DNA of 64,000 nt from Eledone cirrhosa (Eukaryota), in contig OZ024741.1 in the NCBI GenBank assembly GCA_964016885.1, positions 80,414,001 through 80,478,000 of the forward strand. The letters are read 5' to 3'. The position numbers were made by a program, and so were the translations under genes. The notes beneath the pieces are model-generated. The model was not told where the DNA came from. It saw only the letters and a program-made list of their open reading frames with translations, and ran no database searches. Position 1 is the first letter of the stretch; every line of letters begins with the position of its first letter. Shown here in pieces: positions 13,365 to 26,295 of the stretch.

Positions 13365-14065
13365 ATGGCAGTGGATTGGCAGAATCGGTAGAGCGTCAGA
13401 CACCATGCTTTACAGCATAGAGTTACAGCCAAGGTTAGCTTTGCCCTTTCATCCTTATGGAGTCAATAAAATAAAGCACTGGGGTCAATTTAATCGACTT
13501 ATACCTCCCCCCACAAAAAAAATTGCTGGCCTTTGCCTAAATTAGAAACCATTATTATTATGGTGGATTGGCAGTATCAGTAAAGTGATGGACAACACGC
13601 TGTGCGGCATAGAGTTACGGCCCTTTATATTCTGAGTTTAAATGCTGCCAAAGTCAACTTTACCTTTCACCCTTCTAAAGTTGATAAAATAAAGTACCAG
13701 TGAAGGACTGGGTTGATATAATCACCTTACCCTTCCCTCCAAAATGTCTGGCCTTTAACTTTGCCTTTCATCCTTACAGGATCGATAAAATAAAGTACCA
13801 GTAATACACTGGGTAATTGCTGGCCTTGTGCCAAAAATAAAAACAATTATTACGGTGGATTAGCAGTATTGGTAGAGCGCCGGACACCATACTTCATGTC
13901 ATAGAGTTACGGCCCTTTACGGTCTGAGTTCAAATCCCGCCTAGGTTAGCTTTGCCTTTCATCCTTGTGGGGGCGATAAAATAAAGCACCAGTAATGCAC
14001 TGGGGTCGATTTAATCGACTTTCTCCTTCCCTTCACATTGCTGGCCTTGTGCCAAAAGTAGAAAT
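13365..14065 (+). mobile_element. Tandem cluster of ~4-5 full or partial SINE copies
   Basis: Repeated gtggattggcag.atc.gtagag... and gcctttcatcct...gataaaataaagtacc blocks separated by (ATT)n tails. Confidence 0.8.
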
Positions 14066-15174
14066 CATCATCATCATCATCATCATAATCATCACCATCA
14101 TAATTTTTCTTGTTGTTGTAGGTGTTGTTTCTGAAAATCCTCACCAATTGCTAGGATTCAAGGTTTGCGGTCGAATTTGAAAAGAGTTTTCATGTATATT
14201 AAAAAAACTGGTAAAGGTCATAAGTTAAGTTAAAGAAACATTTATCCTTGCTTCTGTCCACTTCAGATTTCTGGTTTAGTCAGTTAATCAGTGGAGTCAG
14301 TGGAATCTCTTTAACTATCAGAAGGAACATGACCTTTCATCTTGTCAATATGAAGTGACTTTTTCACTATCCAGTTTACTACCGACCTTACAGCAAATGG
14401 TAACTGAGAGTGAGGGATGGAAAAGGAGAGATAAATAAGGAAAGAAAAAGAGACGGGTAGAGTGAAAGAGAGAGAGAGAGAGGGGAGTGGCAGAAAAAAT
14501 GTAAAAAAAAACATTTTCTTTAACCCTTTCATTATCATATATTCTAATGAAATATGCAGCCTATGTATTTCAATTAACTTTGTAAATAATCAAATATTTG
14601 GAAGAATTTAATAAAATAACCAACTCTTTCATTAGTAAGCTTATATTTAGAACATTACTAAACAAACATTTCTTAAATCAAATTATGGTGGAAGGATTTA
14701 AACATTCTAAACTAAGCAGTTTTGTATCACAAATACAGGGCAGTTTTGGGTGGTTTGTTATCAAAGGGTGAACTTTTTAACTTTTTTGTTACAATATTTT
14801 TAAACTGACACGGCTTATAATTTTGAAAATAATCAAGTATTTGGAGGGATTTAGTGGTAGAACAAAGTTTGACATTATCAAACTGGTGCTTGTAACATAA
14901 CATAACACTAGGTTCTTTCATAAAACTATGATGGAAGGTTTTTTAAATAAACACTTGAATGCTTTTGTTAAAATATTTCTAAAGAAAGGCATTGTCTATA
15001 ATTTTGAAAATAATCAAGAATTTTGAAGGATTTAGTAAGATTAATGAAATTTCAGATGATTAAACTGTTGTTTTGAACATAACTTAACACATAGTTCTTT
15101 TATAAAATTATCATTGAAGATTTTTAGATAAATTTATTCACCTTAAAATATACAGCTTTGAATTATAGAAATTT

Positions 15175-15775
15175 TTGATTTCAAATCCCACCAAGGTTAG
15201 CTTTGCCTTTCATCCTTACAGGGTTGATAAAATAAAGTACCAGTCATGCACTGGGGTCAATTTAATCAACTTTCCACCCCCACCCCACCCCCAAAATTGC
15301 TGGCCTAGTGCCTAAATCAGAAACCATTATTAAGTTAAAAGTTGGGGTGGCAGATTGGGAGAACTGTTACAGCATGGAGTCAAATATTTTGTGTCATTTG
15401 TTCTGAGTCTTCATGTTCTCAGTTCAAATCTTGCCCAGGTCAACTTTGCCTCTCATCTTTCTAGCATTAATAAAGTCTCAGTGAAGTACTGGGATCGATA
15501 TAATCGACTTCGCCCCCCCCCCCCCCATTGCTGACCTTGTGCCTAAATTAGAAATGGTGGTTTGGCAGTATTAGTAGAGTGTCAGACACCATGTTTCACG
15601 GCATAGAGTTATATTCCCTTACATTATGAGTCCAAATCCCACCGAGGTTAGCTTTGCCTTTCATCCTTACGGGGTTGATAAAATAAAGTGCCAGTAATTT
15701 ACTGGGGTCAATTTAATCATCTTACCCCCCCCCCCCCCAGTTGTTGACCTTGTGCTTAAATTAGAAACAGTTATT
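15175..15775 (+). mobile_element. Tandem cluster of ~3 SINE copies
   Basis: Same family motifs as at 7075 and 13365. Confidence 0.75.
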
Positions 15776-15947
15776 AAATAAGAATTTAGTTATTTCCTTA
15801 AACATCTCTTAATGTTTGATTATTTTAATAATTATATCATAATGGTAGTATATCTTGTACAAAATTTGGTCCCAAAAGGGTTACCAATCAGCTCGAAACT
15901 AATCTTCCTTTCCTGACAAAACAGTAAAAGAAATAATGTCATATTTA

Positions 15948-18345
15948 TAATAATAATAATAATGAAATTATTATGTACAGTGCTCAGGTGCACTACAACT
16001 CGTCAAAGGTGTATGTATAGTACATAGAATAATACACAAATGCCAGGGAAGTGAATAGTGTATGAGTCATGGTATACATGTGTGTATGTGTATGGCGGGG
16101 GAACATTAGCTGGCTGTAGTGTTGGTGGATCTCGTAAAGGATGCAGTGTCTCGACAGCTAACAACTGATGCAGGTAGTTTGTTCCATGCTTCAGCAACTC
16201 TGAGCGTGAAAAAATGTTTCCGAAAGTCATGGGAACTGTGCTGTTTTCTGACTTTGTGGGCATGTCCACGTGTGTTAGACACATGGAAATCAAAAAGGTA
16301 CTCAGGGTTGTTGTTGGCAAGATGGTTAACAATTTTGTGGGTGTTTACCAAGTCAGTTGCCAGGCGTCGGAGCTTCAATGTATCCATGCCCAGGGAAGCA
16401 AGGCGCTCAGAGTATGGTAGATGCCTGATGGAGGGTATTCGCTTGGTTGCACGTCTCTGAACAGTTTCCAGGCGGTCAATGTTCTAAGCAAGATAGGGGT
16501 TCCAGACTGGTGATGCAAATTCTAAGTGTGGCTGCACCATAGCCATGTACAGCCTTAAATAGATAGCTGGAGAGCGGCTGACAAAGGTCTTGCTGAGTGA
16601 TGCTAAGACACCCTCGGCCCTCTTGAAAATTTTAGAGACGTGCTTCGTCCAACGCAAATCGCTGCTGACCGTAATGCCCAGGTCACGTTCACAAGAAGAC
16701 TTCTTGATATTAGTGCTGTGGAGGGAGTATGTGGACGCTGGGTTTTTACTCCCAAAATGCATGGTGGTGCACTTGTCCACAGCTAGCTTGAGTTGCCAGT
16801 CTGAGATCCATTGTTGCATTGTGTCCAGGTCAGACTGCAAGCAAGATCTATAGTGTTCAGGATCTGTCCTTTTTATCTCAAGGTACAGCTTGATGTCATC
16901 TGCGTACTTTAGTACCGTGGCATTCTTTAAGTTGGCATCCATGTCATTAATATATGCCACAAACAAAAGGGGGCCAAGAACAGATCCCTGTGGTACACCA
17001 GATGACATCTCATATGGTGAGGAATGCTGTCCCAGAACCGTGACTACCTCTCTTCAACTGAGAATGAAGGACTTCAACCAGTTAAAAAGATCATCCTTCA
17101 CACCCATTGCAGAGAGTTTTGCCATAAGCCTTTTGTGTGGCACAGAATTGAAGGCTTTCGCAAAGTCAAGGTAAACAACATCCACCCATGAGCCGCCATC
17201 AGTGATCCGGGTGATGTCCTCAAGAAACTCTATAAGTTGATCACAGCAGCTGGAGTTGGGGATACATCCAAATTGCGAGGGCCGGATAAGACTGTGAGAG
17301 CTCCAGAAGTTCCAAAGTGTTTCTCTGACACGGGATTCCATCAGTTTGGCGATGCAACTAGTAAGACTGACTGGACGATAGTTCACAGGTGATGTGCGGT
17401 CACCCTTTTTGAACAGAGGAATGACACTGGCAGTTTTCCACTGTTCTGGAGTAGCACTGTTGTTCAGACAGAATTGGAAGAAGCGTGATAACTGGTGCAG
17501 AAGGAAATACCCACCACGTTAAAGAAGCAGGTATGTAACACCATCAAGACCAGGAGAGGCATGGTTGCGTTTATTCTTTAGGTGACGTCGCAGCATTGCA
17601 GGTGTAAATTCCATGGTTGTAATAAAATCAGATGTCAGAGGTGGTGGAGATGGTACACTCTGGTCTTCAATAGTGAAAATGTCTGCATAGCATTCAGCAA
17701 TGAGCTCTGTGCATTCCTTGGGGTCGTCAGTAACCTGGCTTGTGTGGGGATTGCGAAGAGGACCAACTGGAGAGTGAGGCCTCTGCTTTGAGTGAACATA
17801 CTTCCAGAACACCTTACTGCCAGGGCTGGTTGCTATGCGCTGCTCAAATTGAAGCACTGCCTTTTTTGTCACCTGTTTGAGGTGGTTGGACGATCTATTT
17901 CGCCTCTTCCTATTAATGTCTGATTTGTGAAGTTTGTACTCACGTTCAGCATTGCGCCGTTCTTTTCTGGCAAGACGGACTGCTGCAGTCTCCCAAATTG
18001 CACTTTTGGGATGTTTTTTCTGCTTATGTGGCACCGATGCTGCACATGCTGTCCATATTGAGCTCAGGATGTTCTGGAGTACAGTGTTGACATCTCCAGA
18101 GTCATAGAACTCAAGCCAGTTTGGCCGTTGCAACTCGGTGCAGTAACAGTTCCAGTCTGCTTTATTCCAGTCAAAGTGAGCAGTTTGGAGATGGTTGTGG
18201 TTCTTGTTACTGCCCATGAGGGATAGATTGGAAATGATCATAGCATGATCAGAGTCACCTAAAGGTTCCTCAGCAGTAACACTAATGACCGTTTCAGGAG
18301 TAGTGGTGAAGAGTAGGTCCAAAGTGTTGTCACCGCTTGTCATCT
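15948..18345 (-). mobile_element. CR1-clade LINE, 5'-truncated ORF2 (end of EN, RT) with stops or frameshifts, (ATT)n tail
   Basis: TLDLLFT, LGDSDH, NYRPVSLTS, VYLDFAKAF, SGVPQGSVLGPLLF, KYADD, ERDLGI, TRGH, RKHFFTLRV..WNKLP. Confidence 0.9.
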
Positions 18346-18419
18346 GCAGGTTGCAGATAAAGTGACAAAACAAATACCACAAAACATCTCATCTAATGCT
18401 CTAACAATTTCACAAATCC

Positions 18420-18640
18420 ACTACACAGGACTGGCACTTTATTTTATCAACACCTGAAAGGATGAAACCTAAATTGACCTTGGTAAGATTTGAACTCAGA
18501 ACGCAGAAAACCAGAACAAATATCACAAAGCAAAACATTTAATGCTCTAACAATTCTGCCAATACACTACGCTGAGCTGGTACTTTATTTTATCAACCGA
18601 TGGAAGAATGAGAGCCAAAGGTAACTTTGGTGAGATTTGA
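18420..18640 (-). mobile_element. SINE copies, reverse orientation
   Basis: gtactttattttatc...gatttgaactcag is the reverse complement of the SINE central domain and B box. Confidence 0.65.
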
Positions 18641-18852
18641 ACAAAGTATTTTATCTCATATATTAACAACTCTGTCACTTTGCTACAAGAAGTAGATTAA
18701 TTTTACAAAGTTGATCCTAATACAGTAGGCTGTGATTTGTGGAAGATGTGGGTTACTATATATAACAGCTTAAGCAACCATTGATATCCATGTCTGCCTG
18801 ATATATCATCATCATTTTGCATCTGTTTTTCCATGCTTGCATGGGTTGGATA

Positions 18853-19935
18853 ATCATCATCATCATCATCATCATCATTTTACGTCCGCTTTTCCCTGCT
18901 TGCAAGGGTGGGACGGGTCTTATTCAGCACAGCATCTCTCCACTCGTCACGGTCCCTCGTCATCTCCACCGTGAGCTTCAATGATCTGAGGTCTGTTCTC
19001 ACCACCTCCGCCCATGTTTTTCGTGGTCTACCTCTACCACGTCTTCCTTCAACTGGCATTTCCTGGCACTTCTTCACCCATCGGTCATCCTCCATGCGCA
19101 TCACATGTCCATACCACCTCAGTCTCCTCTCCCGTACACTACATTCTATCCCTCTCAGACACAGTTTCTCTCTCAACACATTTATGCTGGGTCGTTCACG
19201 CACATTTACACTGCACATCCAACGGAGCATGCTTGCCTCATTTCTCTCCAGCCGTCGCATATCTTCTGCGGTAGCTGCCCATGTCTCACTACCATGCAGC
19301 ATCGCGCTCCTCACACAGGCATCATACAACCGGCCTTTCGTACGCAGGGAGAAACCCTTCTTCGTCAACAGAGGAAGCAGCTCCCTAAACTTCTTCCAAC
19401 CCGTCCTTATTCTAGATACTATGGCCTCGGAACACCCTCCTCCCATGCTAAACTGATCTCCTAGGTACCGGAAGCTATCCACCACTTCTATAGCGCCCTC
19501 TCGCATTTGAAAAATGTGTCTATCAGTGCGACTTCTACTGTCTAATTTCCCTGTACATCTACTGCATACATATTTCTCCCTACCTGTTAGTTTGCCTGCT
19601 ATCCCGCTACATCTCTTGTGTACCCAGGACCTACATTGTGTGCATTTTATAGAATTTATGCCAGTTCCTTTTCTGCATATCGAACATGGCCATTTCCCTG
19701 ACGGAATCAGGGTTTTGTCCTCTTTTCTACTCATCAACACTTTTGTCTTAGCTAGATTTACTCTCAGTCCTCTTGCTTCCAACTGCTGTTTCCATAGCCG
19801 GAATTTATTCTCTAGCTCCTCTACTGATTCTGCCATAAGAGCCAGATCGTCAGCATAGAGAAGTTCCCATGGACAGCCAGTCTTAAACTCCTCTGTTATG
19901 GCTTGGAGGACTATAATGAACAAGAGCGGGCTGAT
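18853..19935 (-). mobile_element. RTE LINE 3' fragment of a second subfamily (open 357-aa frame, very short 3' UTR, (CAT)n tail)
   Basis: SPLLF, WELLYADD, PHD-like [27 protein letters not shown]. Clearly diverged from the 2281 family. Confidence 0.9.
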
Positions 19936-20220
19936 GAGTGCAAATGAGTGCAAATCTTATATGTTGTGCTAGCTATAATTTTGGCTTGGTTTTCTGACTG
20001 GATAGCCTTCCTATCAACCAACCCCTTTAAATCATTCTTTGTGCCACTACTGTCAGGATTTAAGAGTCTGCTTCACCCTGTATCAGGTTTTATTCAAAGC
20101 ATCTGCTCTCCTAGACAGTTTGTTTTTCACCATGGCTATCCCTATATATATATATATATAACGGCGATGAATTAGTTTTGCGAGGTTTTTATATGAAATC
20201 GTGTGTCGAAACAAATATTG

Positions 20221-20251
<31 letters not shown>

Positions 20252-20253
<2 letters not shown>

Positions 20254-20443
20254 ACGAAGGAGTTGTGGTAAGGAACCAGATGGACCATAACACACCAGAG
20301 TACTCAATACTTAGGGTAGTAGAGTGGGTAATAGGAAAAAGTATGACCCCGAAGGCAGAGCTCAAGCCGTTTCAACAGCTATTTCTGGTCCAGAAATAGC
20401 CGTCGAAACGGCTTGACCTCTGCTGTCGGGGTCATACTTTTTA

Positions 20444-20445
<2 letters not shown>
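20252..20445. mobile_element. Head-to-head inverted PLE terminal fragment (hairpin ~20336-20442) between TA runs
   Basis: ~52-bp inverted arms containing an HHR 3' half GAAA-cggc...gctg-TC. The tail shares gagtactcaatac with the fragment at 130-142. Confidence 0.65.
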
Positions 20446-20490
<45 letters not shown>

Positions 20491-20530
20491 TACAAATATT
20501 AATAAAATAGATGTTCTTTTGATCAATTAC

Positions 20531-20583
20531 ATTTTATTATACATATTTCGGAGATACAACAGTACATCCTCATCAGACAAAAT
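20531..20583 (-). ncRNA. Type I hammerhead ribozyme in a solo PLE pLTR-like fragment (20485-20740) flanked by (TA)n
   Basis: Minus strand: attttgt-CTGATGA-gga tgtac tgtt gtatc tcc-GAAA-tatgta-TA-ataaaat. Stem I has 7 bp, the core is canonical, and stem III is near-palindromic. Confidence 0.8.
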
Positions 20584-20734
20584 ATAATGATACATGACAT
20601 ACTCTGAGATGTTAAATGGTTAAGATTTAATCAAGGTAGTATTTTAATAACTCTGGAAAATTATTTTCCGTAGAGTGCTTCCAATCTACTGTAAAATTCA
20701 TTCTCTGATATACTCATTGAATCTTGTTTAACTC

Positions 20735-20809
<75 letters not shown>

Positions 20810-20949
20810 ATATGTAAATAAAATAGCCATACATACTTTAACCCCTTATTAAAGAATTTGGAGGGATATGACTAACTTTCTCATAATTAAGGTGGTGTTT
20901 GGTACATAACCTAACAAAGGATCTTACATAAAATTATAAAGGAAGGTTT

Positions 20950-21250
20950 TGTGGCAGTACTGGTGTCATGATAAAATGCATCCAGCCTACTCTGTACAGT
21001 GGTAGTGGAGGTGCCACAATAAAAAGCACCCTGTTCACCTTGTCTAATAGTAGTGGTGGTGCCATAAGAAAACAAATCTGGTACATGCTTTGAAGTGATT
21101 GAGGTAGGAAGGGCATCCAGCCATAAAAACGTATGAGGAAGATACAATCGTCTGACCTATCTGTCTAGCTTCAGGATATGTCACCCTGTCTAACCTATGC
21201 AAGCATGGAAAACAGATGTTAAATGGTGATGGTGATGATGATGATGATAA
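20950..21250 (+). mobile_element. Short element or RTE 3' UTR derivative with (GAT)n tail
   Basis: ggaagggcatccagcc..aaa...cctatgcaagcatggaaaacagatgttaaatg(gat)n matches RTE 3' ends. Confidence 0.65.
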
Positions 21251-21252
21251 TG

Positions 21253-21299
<47 letters not shown>

Positions 21300-21344
21300 A
21301 TCATCACTATCATCGATTTTGATGATGACATGCACCCCCCCCCC

Positions 21345-21419
<75 letters not shown>

Positions 21420-22119
21420 ATTTGTGTATGTATTGGCCTGCTGATAATCAAGCTGAAGATCAGGCAAATTGGTCTTATCATTCAGAGATGGCCTTGGATG
21501 AAATACTAGGAAAATAATAAATAAATAAATATATAAATAAATACATAATATATAATCTCTAATACAGTTGTGGGCAAACTACAGTCTGCTGGCTGTATGC
21601 AACTGGCTTAGCTTTCTTAATAGCACACTTAACAAAAAATTACATTGGAGTTTTTAAGTGTGTGTGGCCCACTGCTTAAAAACGGTTGTCTATGAGTAAA
21701 CTCTATTTCAAATTTCATTATATCAACATCATCATTATCATCATCATCCACATCATTTAACAACCACTTCTTGCAAGGGTTGGACAGGTCATCGGCAAAC
21801 GAAGCTGGTATTCAAAGGGAAGGTATTGACTCCATGGTGGACCGGCAACCTGTATCTTGCTAATGACGTATGTTCCTGTGTCCAGCTAAGTGCTCAGATG
21901 GGTCAGCAACTCACAACTCATTTATATATGATCCTGCACATTGATGAGTACATTATTTTGGGTCTGTGACACAGTTGGAAAGTCCTCCTGACCCTTTGTT
22001 TGAGAGATTTTTTGTGGCTAGTTGCACTTCCTATCACCAACCACTTTGCAGAGTGTACTGGGTGTGTTTATTGTGAAAATCACCAATACGGAAAGATACA
22101 TTAAATAATATAATAAATT

Positions 22120-22440
22120 ATAAAATAATAATAATATAATAATGAAATTATTGTGTACAGTGCTCAGGTGCACTACAACTCATCAAAGGTGCATGTATAG
22201 TACATAGAACAATATATAAATGTCAGGGAAGTGAATAGTGTATGAGTCAATATATATTTGTGCGTGTGTATGGAGGGGGAATATTAGGTGTAGTGTTGAC
22301 GAATCTCAGGAAGCATGGAGGTTTTAAAGGATGCAGTGTTTCGACAACTAACAACTGATGTAGGGAGTTTGTTCCATGCTTCAACAACTCTGAGCGTGAA
22401 AAAATGTTTCCGAAAGTCATGGGAGCTGTGCTGTTTTCTA
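22120..22440 (-). mobile_element. CR1 LINE 3' fragment
   Basis: RKQHSSHDFRKHFFTLRVVEAWNKLP plus the same 3' UTR and (ATT)n tail as 15948. Confidence 0.85.
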
Positions 22441-22870
22441 ACGAAAAGATACTCAGGGTTGTAAAAAATTGGGTTGTAAAAAATTATCATATTTCTAATA
22501 AGACACACACACATAAACAAGTACGTATGCACACACATATACAAACAAGCACATATGTGAACACATACAAACAAGCATGTATGCATACACAAGCACGGAC
22601 ATGAAGGAACATATACTCACTCACACATACATAAACACATGCACCCACATACTTAAAAATAAGCACATATTCATGCATACACACATAAACACACATACAT
22701 ACAAACAACATATTCAGACACATATGAATAACATGTATTGTTACTTTACCTACTTTTTTCTTTTTACTCAATTTACATCCCTGTTAATTTGCATTGATTG
22801 TCTTTAGTGTTTTGGCCCTAGTGGCCAATGAAAAAATTATTATTTATTTGGTGTTTGAAGTATACAGTAA

Positions 22871-23010
22871 AGGCTTAGTGGTTAGAGCATTGGGCTTGCA
22901 ATTGAAAGGTTGTGAGTTTGATTCTCGGACCGGGTGATGTGTTGTGTCCTTGAGCAAGACACTTTATTTCACATTGCTCCAGTTTACTCAGCTGTAGAAA
23001 TGAGTTGCAA
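22871..23010 (+). mobile_element. Second tRNA-derived SINE family
   Basis: ggcttagtggttagagc (A box), gagtttgattc (B-box-like), gtgtccttgagcaagacact. Reverse copies at ~24640-24755, 25655-25800 and 41800-41877. Confidence 0.75.
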
Positions 23011-23775
23011 TCCTGCCAAATCAATGGGTGGCAGTAGTTCCAGCTGCACACATCAAAAGACTGGTGTAGTGGTTCTGAGAACAATATGACTTTGCAGATG
23101 ATCAATGCAAATTGACAATGCGAAGGCACTCCCACTTGAGTTAGAAGAGAACTATTGACCTTTAGGAGAAGCAGCGACCCCTGATTGTATTCAGCAACTG
23201 AAACATATATGAAGTACACCACATCCAATGCTCCTAGGGGCAGACTTGGTTCTTCTTATTTGTGACTGTAAACTCGGCCAGATTAGATTTAGATTGAAGT
23301 ATAACTCAACCCTTTAGCATTTAAACCGGCTGAATCTGGCCAGAATTCTGTCACCTCTTTCTGTTCAAACTGGCTGTAATCAGCTGCTCATACTGATGTT
23401 AAGGTATTGTTCTCAAAATAAATATCAAAATCTCATAGATTCGATATTATGTGAGATAATTCTGTGAGGTAAAGCCTTTACAATGAAAATATAATAGGAC
23501 ATATTTTTAGGGAGTGGTGGTGGTAATTTTCTATAGCCTAACATTTATGTCATTTGAATATGTCTGGTGCCTAATGCTCCCAAGAGATTTCTTTTTGTCA
23601 CAAATGTTGTCTCTAGCTGTCAGAATGCACAAACACTAAGGTAAAATTGGATTGTGGGATATTTATACCTATATACAAGCAAAGAAACATTCCTTGCTTG
23701 GTTTATTTAGTTTTTATCGTGGAAATAATAATAAAAAATGCATGATGCTTAATGCCCTCTATTTTTTCTCATCAG

Positions 23776-24330
23776 ATGGTACAACATTATTAAAAGAAAA
23801 CTGAGGGTGGCAGGAAAAACTATGCAAATAGTCAGGAAATGGCTGATGCTGACAACTCAGTAATGAAGAAGGAGATGTCTGCTAACCAGGCAGCCAAATA
23901 CTCTTGTGTTTGTAAGAAGTTTCTTCTGAGGAGAGTCAGAGAAGAAATTCTGATTAATGCACACGTGGGAAGCCATGCACTTTATCCCCTGATCAAAAGT
24001 TGGAGCTCGCAGAATGCTTGAAACTTTTAACAGATTGGGGATGGGGTTTCAACAAGGCTGAGGTTAAGGATCTGGTTTAAGATTTTTGTACATATCATTG
24101 TATGGAGACCCCTTTCACAAACAATCACCCAGGCCGTGATTGGTTGGATGAATTTTTATGACATCACCCATCTATTGTCCCCTGCAAGACAGAACAACTG
24201 AACTCAGCTAGGAGCTGTGCACAGATCCTGAAGTTGTGAGGGCCTGGTTTGATTTATTAGACAAGGAACTTTCACAAGCAGGAGTGAAGGGTTTACCTGA
24301 ACAAATATTCAATGAACTGTGTTGGTCTCC
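23776..24330 (+). pseudogene. pogo/Tigger-like (CENP-B type) DNA transposase relic, N-terminal HTH domains
   Basis: Broken frames read MVQHY*KKTEGG..EMADADNSVMKKEMSANQAAKY (HTH_psq-like), then LKLLTDWGWGFNKAEVKDLV*DF..ETPFTNNHPGRDWLDEFL*HHP..KTEQLNSAR (CENP-B HTH-like) and LPEQIFN. Confidence 0.7.
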
Positions 24331-25409
24331 ATTGCACTCCAGAGGAGATGGAAAGGAGGAATGGATGTGCGATAACTGTACCCAGTAAGCTTAAATTGGA
24401 ACTAAAACATCTTGAGACTGGGGATAATGCCCTGCACATGTGGGTAATAGTCCCTTTTTTAAAGGTTACTGTTTTAAAATAAATGATATATTTTTTCCAA
24501 GAAATTTGCTGTAGTTTTATTGACAACAATGTGTTTGTTCTGATTAGTTTAGGTTTAGCTTTCCCTCCTATGGCTTAAAAACCTTTTTTTTAAATCAAAA
24601 ATTAAATGCCCCAACTTGAGCTACGACTTACTTTGCCAGCTGAGTGAAATGGAGCAATGTGAAATAAAGTTTCTTGCTCAAGGACAGTGGGAATCGAACT
24701 AAAGACCTAATGATCATGAACCAAATACCCTAAGCACTAAGCCATGTGCCTTCATCGTTTAGATAAATATACTTTAAATAGACAGTTTTCTATTGTAGAA
24801 CCAGGGGCAGTTTGAAGCAGCTTGGTATGAAAAAACAACACACATAACTTCTTTATTGTTTTATTCATATATATATTTGGTAGTTGACTCTGTAGAGGAA
24901 CCAAGTTCATTCTACTTTGATTTTGTTAGTTTACTGAACATAATCCAAAAATCATTGATGATTTAACTAATCCTCACTGAACGAAAAGAGGTTTACAAGG
25001 TCACTACTTGTAATATCATGCATGTGTGTTTGTATGCATGAGTGTGTTTGTGTGCTTGTATATATGTATATATGTGTGTGTTTGTGTGCTTGTATATGTA
25101 TATATATGTGTGTAGGAGTGTGGAGAGGGTTATGTGTGAATGAGTGTGTATTACGTGATGCACTACTCTTGGTATCATATATGTGTATGTGTGTATATAT
25201 GTGTGGGGTGTGTGTATGTTATGTGTTTCACTACTTTTAGTATTATATGTATGTATGTGTTTATGGGGGGGGGGGGGTATTATGTGCTTCACTACTGCTG
25301 GTATCGTATGTATGTGTGTATTTATGTGTGTATGTTATATGCTTCACTACTGGTAACATCATCTGTGCGTATTGTGAGTATTTCTCTGTGTGTATGCTAG
25401 TGGTTGTTA

Positions 25410-25800
25410 CTCATCATCATCATCATCATTTTTACATCCGCTTTTCCCTGCTTGCAAGGGTGGGACGGGAACTGATTCTGGCTTGATTTCTACAGCTGGA
25501 TGCCCTTCCTAACACCAACCTCATTTACAGTGAGTGCTGGGTGCTTTTTTTCCGTGGTGCCTACACGTCCACTTTACTGTGTGGGCTGGCTGCTTTTTTG
25601 CCGTGGCACCTCCACGACCACTTTGCAGTGGAATGGTAGGGACCCCAGTCCTATCATCTCATTTCTACAGCTGAGTAAACTGGAGCAATGTGAAATAAAG
25701 TGTCTTGCTCAAGGAAACAACACATCACCCGGTCTGAGAATTGAACTCACAGCCTTTCGGTTGCAAGGCCAATGCTCTAACCACTAAGCCATGTGCCTCC
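25410..25800 (-). mobile_element. Composite SINE: tRNA-like head (25655-25800) with RTE-derived 3' tail and (CAT)n
   Basis: A near-identical partial copy lies at 41560-41877. The tail matches the 3' end of the RTE at 18853. Confidence 0.75.
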
Positions 25801-25904
25801 ATATGTGTCTGAATATGTGTTAATGTGTGAAATTACATATTTATTTATTTCTATGAATGTGTGTGTGTGTGTTTGTGTGCATGAGTGTGTATATGTGTCT
25901 TCAT

Positions 25905-26295
25905 GTCCGTGCTTGTTGGTATATGTGTGTGCATATGTGCTTGTTTGTGTGTATGTGCATATGTGCTTGTTTGTGTGTATGTGCATATGTGCTTGTTTGT
26001 GTGTATGTGCATATGTGCTTGTTTGTGTGTATGTGCATATGTGCTTGTTTGTGTGTGTGTGTGCATATGTGCTAGTTTGTGTGTATGTGCATATGTGCTA
26101 GTTTGTGTGTATGTGCATATGTGCTTGTTTGTGTGTGTGTGTGCATATGTGCTAGTTTGTGTGTATGTGCATATGTGCTAGTTTGTGTGTATGTGCATAT
26201 GTGCTTGTTTGTGTGTATGTGCATATGTGCTTGTTTGTGTGTGTGAGCATATGTGCTTGTTTGTTGTATGTGCATATGTGCTTGTTTGTGTGTGT
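25905..26295. repeat. ~26-bp minisatellite (gtgcatatgtgcttgtttgtgtgtat)n
   Basis: Directly visible tandem units with a few variants. Confidence 0.9.

Noticed and set aside
20161-20226. Additional hammerhead between TA runs
   Set aside because: Has GAAAcaa ata ttgTA, but the core (gcgatga) and stems I/II do not form convincingly.
22871-22935. tRNA gene
   Set aside because: tRNA-like head continues into a SINE body present in several copies; no intact cloverleaf.
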